DNA of 63,678 bases, counting the filler, from Licmophora abbreviata (taxonomy: Eukaryota), in assembly GCA_900291995.1 (NCBI GenBank). It is 12 parts of 12 records of this genome, joined end to end, with 100 filler letters (N's around TTAATTAATTAA, not from the genome) between each part and the next. Parts side by side here need not be neighbours in the genome. Positions count along the whole stretch, not along the records: positions 44,110 to 49,100 come from OLMU01001661.1; positions 49,201 to 55,176 come from OLMU01001662.1; positions 55,277 to 58,929 come from OLMU01001663.1; positions 59,030 to 62,257 come from OLMU01001664.1; 8 more parts are not named here. One strand, written 5' to 3'. Below, one piece after another: positions 47,467-59,180 of the stretch (within the stretch, counting starts at the first letter, position 1; each line of letters begins with the position of its first letter). A program made the translations under genes and the position numbers. Below the pieces are notes generated by a model, which saw only the letters and a list, made by a program, of their open reading frames with translations, made no database searches and was not told the origin of the DNA.

Positions 47467-48804
47467 CTAGTACTCAAAGCGATTTTCGGCATCGCGCCGA
47501 CCAGGAAACCTGTTAGTGAATGGCATCTTGTCGTGAATGGCATCGTATGCCTCCTCGGCCTCACGGTGCCTGACTTTTGCATGTTCAAACTGCCTTGCGA
47601 GCTGGCTGTACTGCTCTTGGAGCGCGATAAGCTCGGCAACAAGGTCTTGGTTCTTGGAGTGACCATGTCGCAACACTGTTTCCAAAATCTTGACCTTTTC
47701 CGATTGGGCTGCAAGTTTGTAGTTTTCTTTCCAGTCTTGACTAAACGATGTTTTCTCGTCTTCTTCCGTCTCCGAGTCCTTGGCGCATGTTGCCATGACC
47801 GCACATGCAGGGAAAGCGACAGAAGAGGCCACAACACCACACTTTCGTCCACACGCATCGCGACAGCGGTCGCGAAACGTCTCGAGCACCTCGTCGTCTT
47901 CATCACCAACTTCGTAGGACAGGTTGATAAAGAACGGAGAGACTTTAAAGTAGATCGTCGGAATGCGGGGGACCAATCGACGGAGAAAGTCGGCATTCAT
48001 CTCGTCACGGTGCTCCTCGCAGTACGATGCCACCACGCGACTCAAGAGCTCACTCTCACATGCGACCGCTTGAGACGCAAAGACTTGAACGGCCAGTCGC
48101 GGTGACAGCGAGAAAAAGTCTTCGTTCTCTGCAATCATAGGTCCTAGATTGGCGGCACACGTGTCGGCGACCTTGGTAACGAGCTTGTCGTCGCAGAGCG
48201 AGTCTCCTGCAATCAGGCATGGAAGCAGAACTGTCGGATCATCCAGGCGTTCGAGAATAAGTAGCGCAACCTTGGTGAATAAGGGGCGCACCGAGAAGTA
48301 CTGTGAAAGGTAGCGAAGGCCTACCAGATCTTCAATGCTCATGCTGAACGTGCTCTGGTTGTGCTCCACGGAGACGGTAACGTTGAGTTGTTCGTCTGAC
48401 GTTCCATTGGCGTAGAAAAAGTCGAGCATGTACTCGAATGCCTGGAACGCGAGTTCGGGGAGGGTAATCTCACTGGTCGATGTAGCGGATTCTTTCATCA
48501 TTGGCGTTTCCGTCCGAAAAACAGACACGAAGTAGTCGCTCTTGTGTCGACCGACAGAGAGGATTACCTTGTGCACATGGTAGGTCTTCTGCTGTGTCGG
48601 CTCGCTCTCGTTGATAATGACAATCGTCCAGTCGCTGTGCGACTGTTTAGGATCAAGACGCCACGACAGACGTTCTTCCTCTTCGAGACTCTTCTCTGAG
48701 GCTTCGAATCTGCTAGGCGTATCTTCGAAGCTGAGGAAGTCGAAACTGATGCCTTCGGGAGGAGCGCTGACGGGCAGCGAAGAGTTGCTGATGCTGACAT
48801 TCAT
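47467..48804 (-). CDS. BTB/POZ-domain protein with a C-terminal coiled coil
   Basis: LSWRLDP..SHSDWTIVI..YHVHKVILSVG..KSDYF..AFEYMLDFFY. Confidence 0.85.
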   Translation of the reverse strand: MNVSISNSSLPVSAPPEGISFDFLSFEDTPSRFEASEKSLEEEERLSWRLDPKQSHSDWTIVIINESEPTQQKTYHVHKVILSVGRHKSDYFVSVFRTETPMMKESATSTSEITLPELAFQAFEYMLDFFYANGTSDEQLNVTVSVEHNQSTFSMSIEDLVGLRYLSQYFSVRPLFTKVALLILERLDDPTVLLPCLIAGDSLCDDKLVTKVADTCAANLGPMIAENEDFFSLSPRLAVQVFASQAVACESELLSRVVASYCEEHRDEMNADFLRRLVPRIPTIYFKVSPFFINLSYEVGDEDDEVLETFRDRCRDACGRKCGVVASSVAFPACAVMATCAKDSETEEDEKTSFSQDWKENYKLAAQSEKVKILETVLRHGHSKNQDLVAELIALQEQYSQLARQFEHAKVRHREAEEAYDAIHDKMPFTNRFPGRRDAENRFEY

Positions 48805-49100
48805 GGTCGATGTTCGCTGCGATTGCGATGGCTGCTTGCGGCTCAATGAGCGCACTACAGTGGCACGAGCCAGACAATAAGGCCCAGTGTGGCATAAGCA
48901 GAGCGTCCTTCAAATCATCGATCTCGTCATCTCTCATCTCAAGTCGTGCTTCGTTTGCGACAGCGTCGTGTTTGAAAATGACGCGAGGATCCACCCAGCC
49001 CGCGCGCGTGTACGAGTAGTGATGTCCTTGGGCCTTTTCACTCCTCATCAGTCGATGTGAATTCAGTTTTCTGACAAGTCTTCGTTCAAGGAGTCTCTAA

Positions 49101-49200
49101 NNNNNNNNNNNNNNNNNNNNNNNNNNNNNNNNNNNNNNNNNNNNTTAATTAATTAANNNNNNNNNNNNNNNNNNNNNNNNNNNNNNNNNNNNNNNNNNNN
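49101..49200. other. Artificial contig spacer between overlapping contig ends
   Basis: Linker; 49059-49100 is repeated exactly at 49201-49242. Confidence 0.97.
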
Positions 49201-49410
49201 GAATTCAGTTTTCTGACAAGTCTTCGTTCAAGGAGTCTCTAACGACTGGTTTGTGTTCGAGCTCTATCTGTGGAGCGCGAACATCGATGCATTCGACTAA
49301 AACACATCTTCTTCGATCTGAAAAGGTTGAGGCACATTTCGCTGCGATCACATCACAATCGATATGGTGGATGATGGTGCCCCTTGCTGAACTGTTTCCG
49401 TCCTCAAACA

Positions 49411-52400
49411 ATGACTACAGAGCAGAGCAGAGGCTCCGACGACGAAATTATTTGTCCGTGTAAGGAATTCGAAACGCTTGCATCCGTCAGAGCCGCGTTA
49501 GAGTCCGAGGAGCAGTCTCGCACGCTTGTCGCGTGGTTGTCTGGGGACCTGCAGCCATCAGTGGACGGGGACTTACCAAACTTATCATGTCAGGGACCTG
49601 GTAGACGAAACATACGATGTCCAAATCGCTATGCTGCTTCATTTTTAATTTTGAATGGCATTAGGGATGCTTGTCGACCCTATCTCGAGGCATCGCCCTC
49701 GACCATCTCTGGAGATAGTAAGTTGGCCGCGGGTACCTTGGAGACTCAGCCTACATATGAACAGTCATTTCCGTCTCTATAGTCAAGTACAGGCTCAAAG
49801 GTTCCGTCGACGATTAAAGCTCGGAAGAAGCCAAAAAAGAAAGTCGAGTTACGTCCAGCTGGATCGGGTACGTCACGCGGCTTGACAAACACTGTCGACA
49901 ACACTAAGATGGAACCAATTGCTAGGCTAAAGCCCACCACCGCCACCAAACGTCGGATACGACCAGCACCGGCCAATATTCAGACATCTTCGGCATGGGT
50001 GCCGTCATTGTCGACACCAATGACTCACTTGCATGGGAACATATCGATACTGCCGTCGGAAGATCCTCTACCGTTCGGAGTTGGTGCACCCACCGATCGG
50101 ATGTCGATGCTCGCCGCCACACCGACCAAGTGGCTCGCACCAGAAAAGAAGGCACTCAAAGTTGATCTAGATCCACTTGAAAACGAAAGTCCGGAGACAA
50201 CTGCAACTGCCAACAAATCCATGCCGCTTGAAAGCCGACATCCAGTGGATGCGTCGAAGGAACTTGGTCGGTTGGCCTTGGTTCACGCAAGTCTGGTTTT
50301 AAACCAGCTTGTACCTTCTACTGCGATAGAGTTACATTTGCTAATTCGATTACTTTCGCTCGACGAGTCTAGAAATGGGGCTTCTGTGCCGAAACCGTTG
50401 GAACGAGGACTGGACTCTCTCTTCTGTTCTGTGACCAATTGTCATGTCTTTGCAACTGCCGCGCTGAAACGACTCATTGTCATTCTACGGAATCTCGATC
50501 TGGACTTGCTGGAAGCTTTTGTTGGGTGTCCACCAATCGAAAAGCTCCTACCTGAGCTTAGAAATGAGCTAATCGAGGAAGTAGATCGGCGTCGACAGAG
50601 CCCGCTACGGTTTGAAACACTGGCAAGCCCATCCAAGCAGGCGCCGATGATCACCTTGCCGTTTGATCACGACCGTGATTCAAGACACAATTTCAAGAGC
50701 AGAGAAGACGCACTCTTGTATAAGAATCGAGAAGAGAGCCGAGACTCGTTTCTGTATCAGCTACGAGCCTTCCAGAATGCAAGAGGTAAAGTACTGGACT
50801 TGATTCAGGCGGAGCGGTCGATCGATCAGATTCGTGCGGCCTCCTTTGAGGTTGGTCGGAGGCTTCTTGCTGGCAACATGGCGTGGTTTTCAGACCTGTT
50901 CTGCGAGTTGCTTCTACAGATTGGCCTTGTTCCGATGGAGGAAACAGATAAGGACCTCCTCAAGATTGCAGACAAGGAGAAACTGCAGGTGAGAATCAAT
51001 TTCCCTGTTCTGCGTCTCTAGATTACTCGTGTACCGACGTATGCTAATGTGCCGACGTGCAATTGCGACCTTTCAGAAACTACATAAACGGTTCTCATCA
51101 AGGAGTCGTGAATCCAGCAAGAGCAGCGAAGCTCTAGTCCTCGAGCACAGCCTGGGATCAGCTTCGACGACTCCCATGAAGGTGGCACAGCAACATTTTC
51201 CTGGACACCAGGAATTCTTCTACATCTTTGTCCTTGCAACGGATTCCTACAATCTATCTTCTCATCTTAAGACTCGCTTCAGATCGAAACTTATGCAATT
51301 GTCTGGCTTGGCGGTCACGGGCATGGATATTGGAAAGCGATTGTCGCATCTGGGCCTGCTAGCCAAATTCCTCGGCTTGCTTGTTTTTTCTCCCAACTGG
51401 TATATGAACCGTTCGAACGAGACCACAATACCGCACCTAGAATACGAAGATCAGTTTGATTCTGGTTTTCCGCTACTCGAATTGGTAGACGACGCTTGGC
51501 GGAGGCGCCGCCTCTCGTCAACGATACCCTGGGTCATCGACTATCTAAGAATGAGTGAATGGGATATTCCATTTCAAGTCTCGTCCCTGTATCAGAAGCT
51601 TCTCGCATTTCTTGTCGGTGTTCATTCTCAACAGCGGATAACTGCCGTTGACGCACCACTTGGTCCTTTGAGAGTCAATGCACAGCGGCTATGCTTCGAT
51701 CTTGAGACTCTTTTCGGAGACATTGTGGGCCTTGATAAAATTGCATTCCTCCCTTCTAATGATATTCTCCCTCCGCAGGATCCAGTATCTCAATCCTCGA
51801 ACGCGTCGGCGCAACTAGATACCTTGCCAGTGGTCATCCGTGTCGCTGACGTTTCATCTGGGAATCTACATGTTGACGAGCTCTACGTGCTGATGGCGTC
51901 GCTGGCAAAGAAAGCATACAGATCTTCTGCCCCGAGGAAGCTTCGACCAAGCGCGATCAACGAAAATCTCAATGCTCTTTCATTGATTTCACCGCCATCG
52001 TTGGAATCATTTGTAGAGAAAGAAAGTGTCTCAGTGGATTCAGCAATACATCGTAAACTCAAAGACGCATTCTTTCATCAGCATCGTGACCTCAAGGACA
52101 TCTTCGAGTTCGTTGTGGGCCGTGCAACAAAGAATGCAGTCGATGAAGCGAGGGACTTTTCTATCGTACCGCTTCTGGAATCCAGCTTATCTGACTCGGA
52201 TTCAATGCTGGCGCCGCTTCAAGTTAAAGAAGACGCGCTGGCATCCGCACTCAATCATGTTCGCAAGAGCATAGCCCATAAAGTCCGTGAGTCTTTCGAC
52301 ATTCTGTGCATAAAGAGTACAGAAGCTCGTGTAAAAGACGTTGCATCTTCTCTTGCTGTTGCGCACGGTCTACGTATCGCAGAACGTATGTTGTCGCCGA

Positions 52401-53128
52401 TGATTGACACTGAGTACCGCAAAGTTGAGCTTCTAAAGGGTAACGGAAACGGAGTCGACACCAGCGTGAAGCGCTTGTGTGCGATTTCGACGAACGATAG
52501 TAATTCTACGCGCACTGTCGGGGTGGAGATCGCTCTTGTCAAGGCGGTGGAGGCATTGGCTGCTGCAGATTGGGACCACCGCCACTCAGATGTTTTTCTT
52601 TCCTTGAGAACACTTCGCGACAATCTTGAGATGCAAGGTACAGGGAATCTTTCGCGAGGGCATGAATCACTGGACCGAGACCTCGTTTCGCTTCTTGTCT
52701 GGTGTACAAAGACTTCCTCTGGGCATGCTACACGGAAGACTCGTTGCTCAATGGCAATTGAGTTACTTTTGACAGCGGCTGCACTCCAGAAAGTGCTGTC
52801 TCGGGTTCTGTACTCATTGACGGCTCATTTGAGTGTAGACAACGGGCTGTTAAATGTGGTTCAATTGGGGCTCATCCAACTTCCGGCAGGCTCAATCTTC
52901 GACCGAATGTGTGCCGCACTGCTCGGCGCCCTTGAGGTCAGATTGGTAGCGCCTTCGATTCTCGAGCGAGTCTTGCACCAAACTCTTGACGACAAGAAAG
53001 TTAGGGGCGCTCGGGAGTTTGCGATCCACCTGCTAGAGCACCTAGGCGGAAGAAATGTAGAGGAGAAGACTTGGACGTTTGAACGACTGCGATACCGACT
53101 TGCGCGCGACGTGGGTACTGAAGCATGA
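49411..53128 (+). CDS. CDAN1: Codanin-1/discs-lost-like protein; intron 50989-51076; in-frame TAG at 49780-49782 or an intron 49718-49792
   Basis: ELHLLIRLL, YKNREESRDSF, KLQ|KLHKRF, FPGHQEFF...DSYNL, LLAKFLGLLVFSP, TIPWVIDYL and LKDAFFHQH...EFVV match codanin-1 blocks. Confidence 0.8.
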
Positions 53129-53153
53129 ACTATGTATCGCAAGTGCCAGTGAT

Positions 53154-54608
53154 TTAAAGATAGAACTGATTTACGATATGCACGGTGTCGTTCTCAGCGA
53201 GCTCATTCTCGCCGCTCTTGTACCCCGACCACTGCCAGGTCGCATGCGTTCTGTTCGTAAACGTCATTCGACCATAGCCGTTGTGCCTGACGTCCCTATA
53301 TGCGACCCATTCCTCTGGTGCCGACGATAAAAAGTCCCCCTTCCGGCGGAAGAAACTTCCAACTGTGAAGTACATTACTCCAGTTGGTCTATTTCTACCG
53401 TACGCGACAGGATGCGTTCGTTGATACGCATGGACATGCCCCGAGAAGACAAAGTTCACTCGGTAGTGAACAAGGATTGGCTCTAAAATAGACTTGCCAA
53501 CAATTGCTTGTATGTCCCCCTGGTGATCGGCGAACGTGTTATAAAATGGAACGTGTATTGTGACTGTGATCCATGGTGTCTCAGCCCGGTCGACGCACTC
53601 GAGTTCCGCTTCCAGCCACACCAATTGTCTTGACCCCTTTTCCAAGTTTGAATACGAGCTTAAGACGATGTTTCGAACCATACCGTATGTATATGCGTAA
53701 AAGGCATTTCCGTAATCGTACTCGAGAGGATACGGAATGAACTTATCCGCAAAATGCTCGGCCATTTTGGAATCCGGAGTTTTTATCGCCGGCGAAACCT
53801 GTGGCATTCGAAAGCGATGCTCGAAGGCAACAAAGATATCCCCCGTGGTAGGGTGTCGGTCAATGTCATGGTTACCGGCTGCTACATGAGTAGGAATCGT
53901 TGACATCACACTGTATCGGTCCCAAAGATCAAACAAGCTGTCCCATTTGTGGTGAGATAGCCTGGAGTAGGCGACGTCGCCTACAAGAATTGCCGAGTCA
54001 ATGCTTTCCTTCACACTTTCCAGAATCTCCATACTAGTCGTTGATTGGTCTCTGAGGCCTACATCACCGAAAACAGCAAACGTGATTGATTCATCCTCAC
54101 TGATCGGAGGACTCCGTGGTGCTGTTGTGAAGGATCCCAAACGACGAAGATCTCGGTCGCGGATACATCCATCTCCGTGATTACGTCCCTCTGTCTCGAC
54201 ATGTTTTGAGAGAACGTGGTACCAGTAAGTAGTTCCTGGTACAAGACCATCAACAGTGATATGATGGAAGTACGGAGATTCATAAGTCAGGTGGCGATTC
54301 TCGTATCGGGCAGTATACTGCGATGCCGACGTCGTTTCAGTGTAGACTTTGTTCATATCTGCTGGGTCGATCCCTACCATCACCGAACCGACAGGAGCCC
54401 CCACCGACAAGAATTTTACCCTGGCGACGTCCTCATTTCCTTCCACATCACAGTATACGTCGCTTGCAAACGAAATCGTCATGGATGTAGATGGGTCATA
54501 TCCTACCGCCAAGTGAACATGTTTTGTAGTGAACTCACATTCCGCATTCGTCCATCTCACGGCCACAGAAAAGGCTAACGCGAAACTCACTGTTTGAAGG
54601 AACGACAT
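53154..54608 (-). CDS. Secreted purple acid phosphatase (N-terminal FN3-like domain + metallophosphoesterase)
   Basis: Signal peptide; all five metal-ligand blocks present: GDVG, GDVAY, GNHD, IHVP, GHVH. Confidence 0.9.
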   Translation of the reverse strand: MSFLQTVSFALAFSVAVRWTNAECEFTTKHVHLAVGYDPSTSMTISFASDVYCDVEGNEDVARVKFLSVGAPVGSVMVGIDPADMNKVYTETTSASQYTARYENRHLTYESPYFHHITVDGLVPGTTYWYHVLSKHVETEGRNHGDGCIRDRDLRRLGSFTTAPRSPPISEDESITFAVFGDVGLRDQSTTSMEILESVKESIDSAILVGDVAYSRLSHHKWDSLFDLWDRYSVMSTIPTHVAAGNHDIDRHPTTGDIFVAFEHRFRMPQVSPAIKTPDSKMAEHFADKFIPYPLEYDYGNAFYAYTYGMVRNIVLSSYSNLEKGSRQLVWLEAELECVDRAETPWITVTIHVPFYNTFADHQGDIQAIVGKSILEPILVHYRVNFVFSGHVHAYQRTHPVAYGRNRPTGVMYFTVGSFFRRKGDFLSSAPEEWVAYRDVRHNGYGRMTFTNRTHATWQWSGYKSGENELAENDTVHIVNQFYL

Positions 54609-55052
54609 TGCTTCAGTTTTTTCTGAGAGCAGGCCTCAAGAGGGAAGATAGAGATTCATTGCAGGTCATCCGCGTGTGAACAACATTGACTGGGGTGTGG
54701 TAGTCTATACACTCACGCGCGAATGTTTTGCGATCTCATCAATCACGAGTTTAGGTCAAGGAGTCATTTATTTTGCGAGGGCCTCTCAATTTCTTGTTAG
54801 ACCATATGTACATACGACAGTATTGTAACGTCATGACAGAAAGAGTCATATTCACATTTTTACCGAAGAAGCCTCACATTCATCAATAATCAATATCCCC
54901 CCCCCCCCAACTCTCTAGGCTCTTCAAGAGTGCTCCCTGGCATCCCTACGCGATCATTCAATGTGGTCCATGTCGTCACCAAGAGCTACTTCGGAAAGGA
55001 TGGTCGAAACAAATAAAAGCTTGGCCAATTTACGTAAAAATGTGGATCGTAT

Positions 55053-57008
55053 TTATTCGGTAGTGTCAGAAGTCTGGACGCTCGGCGGTGCCGTCAGCGC
55101 TGCGTTGATGGACGCGGCAAGCTTCTTGACTGCTGCCAAAACATGAGGTGCGGGTCTTAGTTTGATTTCTTCACTGNNNNNNNNNNNNNNNNNNNNNNNN
55201 NNNNNNNNNNNNNNNNNNNNTTAATTAATTAANNNNNNNNNNNNNNNNNNNNNNNNNNNNNNNNNNNNNNNNNNNNGCTCCTCGTTCCACTTTGAGATGC
55301 CTCCTCATCCGTCCCGCTCATCTGGTCTAGCTTTCGTTTTCTGCTGTCGCCGCCTACCTGATCAAAAGCCCGGGTGTGCCGAATCAGAAGGTCGCGAGCT
55401 CGATAGAAGCTTGTGTTGACACAGTCATCGCATTGCCAGTTTCCTTCGGGGACTTTGGCCAAAGGTGGATTGACACATCCCATGTGGAACTCACGTTCAC
55501 ATCCGTCGCATATCAAGAGCGATCCTCCATCCCCACAGACAGCACACGCATCCAGACCCTGTCGATCGTACTCTTCCTGTCGCTCGACACGTTCCTCTGC
55601 ACATACGGTTTTGAGCAAACGATAGTCATCGGATTTCTTGAACGACCCAAGATAGTACGTCATGCATGCATTCACACTCTTGTTCATGGACTTTGCGATC
55701 TTTCCTATATCCTTTCGAAGTCGGAACACTTCCTTTCGAAACATTTCCTTCTCGCTATCAGTCCATCCGTGCGCGTCGACGCTGATGCGGTGCGACATAG
55801 CGCTTTCCAGCTGCTCTGTCTGGTAGTGATGCTCGTGAAGCGCGACCATGCCGGCCTCCTTCATTCTGGACGTGACGTTCTTGTGGACATAGTTGTCTAC
55901 GCCTGCCTCTTTCGCCTTCTTCGGGTCCCAGATTTGTATATACCTAGGAGAGAGTCGCGACATACGAGAAAAGAGATATGAGGGACTTGACAAAATCAAA
56001 GCACCCAGAGCAGAACGTGTGGCGTCGTACAAAGGATTTTCTGGTTTATGGGTGACATGCATGGCGAATGATCCCGATGCAGGGATGTCAGTTGCCTGAT
56101 ATTCAGCTCCAACGCGGCTAACTTTCAATGGAAAGGACGGCCCCCCTTGTTTCCAGCTAAGATCTATTTCGGCGGCCGCTTGTTCAGCTGGCCTGCTCGC
56201 ATTGTTCGTTCGGCGGCGAGTCGATCTTGACATTCCGTCTTCCTCTTCCGAATCGTCTCCAAGTTGCTCTGTCTCCGCGGCGTAGGCTTCGGCGACGGTT
56301 GCCTCCTGATCATTTCGCCTTTCTTCCACTCGATCAATCACATCCTTGATCCTGTCAAAGTAGTCACGGCCCTTCTGTCCCGACTCAATGTCGATGCCTG
56401 TCGGCACAAAATACAGTGACGCCTGATCTCCCCCGTCCCCGTTTACCTGACAGAGGTGAAAGCAGGAAAGCCAGCGGGGTTGGCCCGTATTCAACACGAT
56501 GGGCAGGAGCGCGTTAGGGTAGTTAGCGGAGGGTATCGACAGATATTAGTATGGAGGCAGCACAAGACCGAGTTATGGCAATCACAATGAGCTGATTCGG
56601 ATTCGTTCTTTTCGGACATAGGACAGACCACGTTCCCAAGAGGCCATCATCATTCCGCCACAGTGAGAGTCGAGTCAATTTGACGAGCCTCGGCATACAT
56701 GATACCGAGATGGGTGCTCTCGAAAAAACCTTAAGCTTTTCGAAGTACACCCTTTCATTTTTGAGTATATCTCGTGTATCGACACTAACTTAAACTGGGG
56801 AAAAAGCGTTCGAAAATTGTAGTGTATTATTACATACCTGTTGCCAGCCCATGCTCGCCAGTTGAGGCCATACAATATTCCAGAAAATATCGAGTTGTAG
56901 TTTTTTGGTATCCCCCCACCCAAGCCCAGAGGTGAGATGAGTATCCTGGCGCGTCTTTCGCCGAGAGGATTTCGCGCCGTTGCTTGATGACAGTCCATGG
57001 GACGACAT
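55053..57008 (-). CDS. ELM2-SANT-PHD chromatin regulator spanning the gap; introns 56447-56837 and 55944-56030
   Basis: SRVGAEYQA (ELM2), WTDSEKEMF..KDIGKIAK..KSVNACMTYY (SANT) and CAVC..CDGC..HMGC..WQCDDC (PHD). A likely C-terminal piece SEEIKLRP..DTTE* lies at 55053-55176. Confidence 0.8.
55177..55276. other. Artificial contig spacer inside a gene
   Basis: N44-TTAATTAATTAA-N44. Confidence 0.97.
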
Positions 57009-57371
57009 TGTTAGAAGTAACCTCCCGTAACCACATCGACGCCGATGTGTGTGCGATGACTGTGCGAGCGGCGTCTTTCGTGACGTGAAAAAAATTCGTA
57101 GTCGAACAAGTCACACTCGAAGTCACCTCGGCCTCAAACTGCCAAACCATGACGGTGGTCAATGGAGGCCTCTTGTACACACACTGGAATAACAGAAATG
57201 CATACTCAGTTGCTGCTACCCATAAGGTCGGAAAGTGAATTCGTTGCCGGAGGCAAGTAACAAACTAAAAACTGCCAGTTTAGAAACATAATAAGCTAAG
57301 ATACTGGTGATGATAATGACGGAGAGCAAGTTGGATCAATACGCGTCCGTTGCTTCTGCAAATCGCCCATA

Positions 57372-58629
57372 TCACGTCAAGCGATGAAGAAGTCGGAAAG
57401 ACCTTTGCTTGCTGAAGACTATGGAAGACGGATGTCCTTGAGCCTCCGAAGCTCGAAACTCCACAGTACTTATTTGGTCAACCAGTGAACTGCAGCGGAG
57501 AAGCACAGGAAATCGAATTGTTTGATGTTCCTCTTTCGCCACTGGCGACCAAAGCAGACACTGTGCGCTAACCATGAAACTTTCGCCTTTTGGCAGCTCG
57601 TCAACTTTCCATTTTATTGTTCGCTTCAAGTCGTCCCATTCACCGTCACCGCGAAGCACTTTCACTGAGTCCGTGTCTACGGATTCTGGGACGGCCACAG
57701 CTATTGTAAAATCAGTAACGGACCCAAGATTAGACAGCTTCGACCGCACTTGTACCGCCACTCGACATGATTTCCCAAATATTGTCACTTTTCGTTCAAC
57801 AAGCTGCATTCGGAAACGCCAGAAGGTGTGAGAGAAAAGAGTGTGTTGACGAGAAAATTAAAAAAATCGTGAACAGCAGCGGCCAGATGGAGACGAGACT
57901 TACAATCGGCATGTGTGGTACTTCTTCGGTCAACGTATAATTCCCGAGGGGAGCATTCCCGATCTCTTTCTTGGGAAGTGTCACCAGCTGCTGAGTCTGC
58001 GATGGAATGGTCTGCGATGGGCTTGTTGGAGTGGACACATACTCGTGGTTGGGACGTAGCTCAAGATTGCATCCCTGCTGCGTATTGGCAAGAAGCATAA
58101 ACGGCGCATTTTTCTTTGCATCTGACGACTGAATTTGGGCCTAAGGAAAACAATGCGATAGATCAGTGAGAAGCAATGAGTCAGGGAGCACAAAGCATGT
58201 CGCTGATGGCAGTCATCGATCCGCAATTTACTATTAACTCACGTGCAGTGTTCCCTCAACCGAAACTTCGGACAATCCTTCATTCATGGGATCACCTTTT
58301 GATATTGACGATGCTTCTTCGTGGTAGGAGAAACGAATCAAAAGCTTTGGAGGCAGCGGCTGTCCTTTCGCGCCGTCTTTCTTCGAGCGGGGCATTTTTG
58401 TCGGAGTCGTCATTTCCCCAACAGGAGAACCTCCAGTTCTGGTAAGTCTCGACAGAGTCGGCGGCGGTTTGGGCGAGGCCGTCGACATGTCTTCAAAGCT
58501 CGTCCCTAGTCCAAAGGCGTCAAAAAGGTCTTCTTCCGATTTGAAGTCTTGCCCGGATGCCGACAGCGTTGGTGTCGAAGCCTCGACCGGGAACGGGGCG
58601 AATTCCGGGGGCGCTCCGCCCGTCGCCAT
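57372..58629 (-). CDS. Mu-homology-domain (adaptin mu C-terminal/muniscin-like) protein A; introns 58141-58242 and 57804-57903
   Basis: IRFSYHEE..VEGTLH|AQ..HMPI|LVERKV..VQVRS..DFTIAVAVP..GEWDDLKRTIKWKV..FPVLLRC. Canonical introns restore the frame. Confidence 0.75.
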
Positions 58630-58929
58630 TTTTCCAGTTCCGGCGAAAATCTAATAACTAAGAACACCTCAGGCTATAGAAGGAGCGGATACAGCTCAGA
58701 AACGTTTTCAGGGCTCTCAATTGACACCAACAAGAAGTCTTGGGTGGTGCCGACACTGCGAATGTGTTCAGCCGGCAAAGTGAACGCGAGATGAGAGACC
58801 TGCGAGCTGTGATTGTGGCGCGCCCTCTTTTAAACTCTTCATGTTTGTAGTTGCATTTATGATAATTCAACGGATGGATAATAGAAACCTTAGAAGACGA
58901 ATAAATGTGATCAGCTCCTAAATTGAAAA

Positions 58930-59029
58930 NNNNNNNNNNNNNNNNNNNNNNNNNNNNNNNNNNNNNNNNNNNNTTAATTAATTAANNNNNNNNNNNNNNN
59001 NNNNNNNNNNNNNNNNNNNNNNNNNNNNN
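58930..59029. other. Artificial contig spacer
   Basis: N44-TTAATTAATTAA-N44. Confidence 0.97.
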
Positions 59030-59180
59030 AAATCGCGCAATATTCAATATCTTTCTCGGCGAGCACACATTGATGCTGTGGCGATGTGGGGGCGACTCTG
59101 GACGCATGATGGCATTTAGTTGTAGGTTGGTTTGGAGTTTGATGTCCGTACCAGAACTACACTGGACTAAGTTTTAAACC

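Noticed and set aside
47287..48105. 272-aa plus-strand ORF and 179-aa alternative-frame ORF
   Set aside because: Shadow frames of the BTB and TMCO4-like genes.
54897..54908. C12 homopolymer
   Set aside because: Single intergenic run with no associated structure or element ends.
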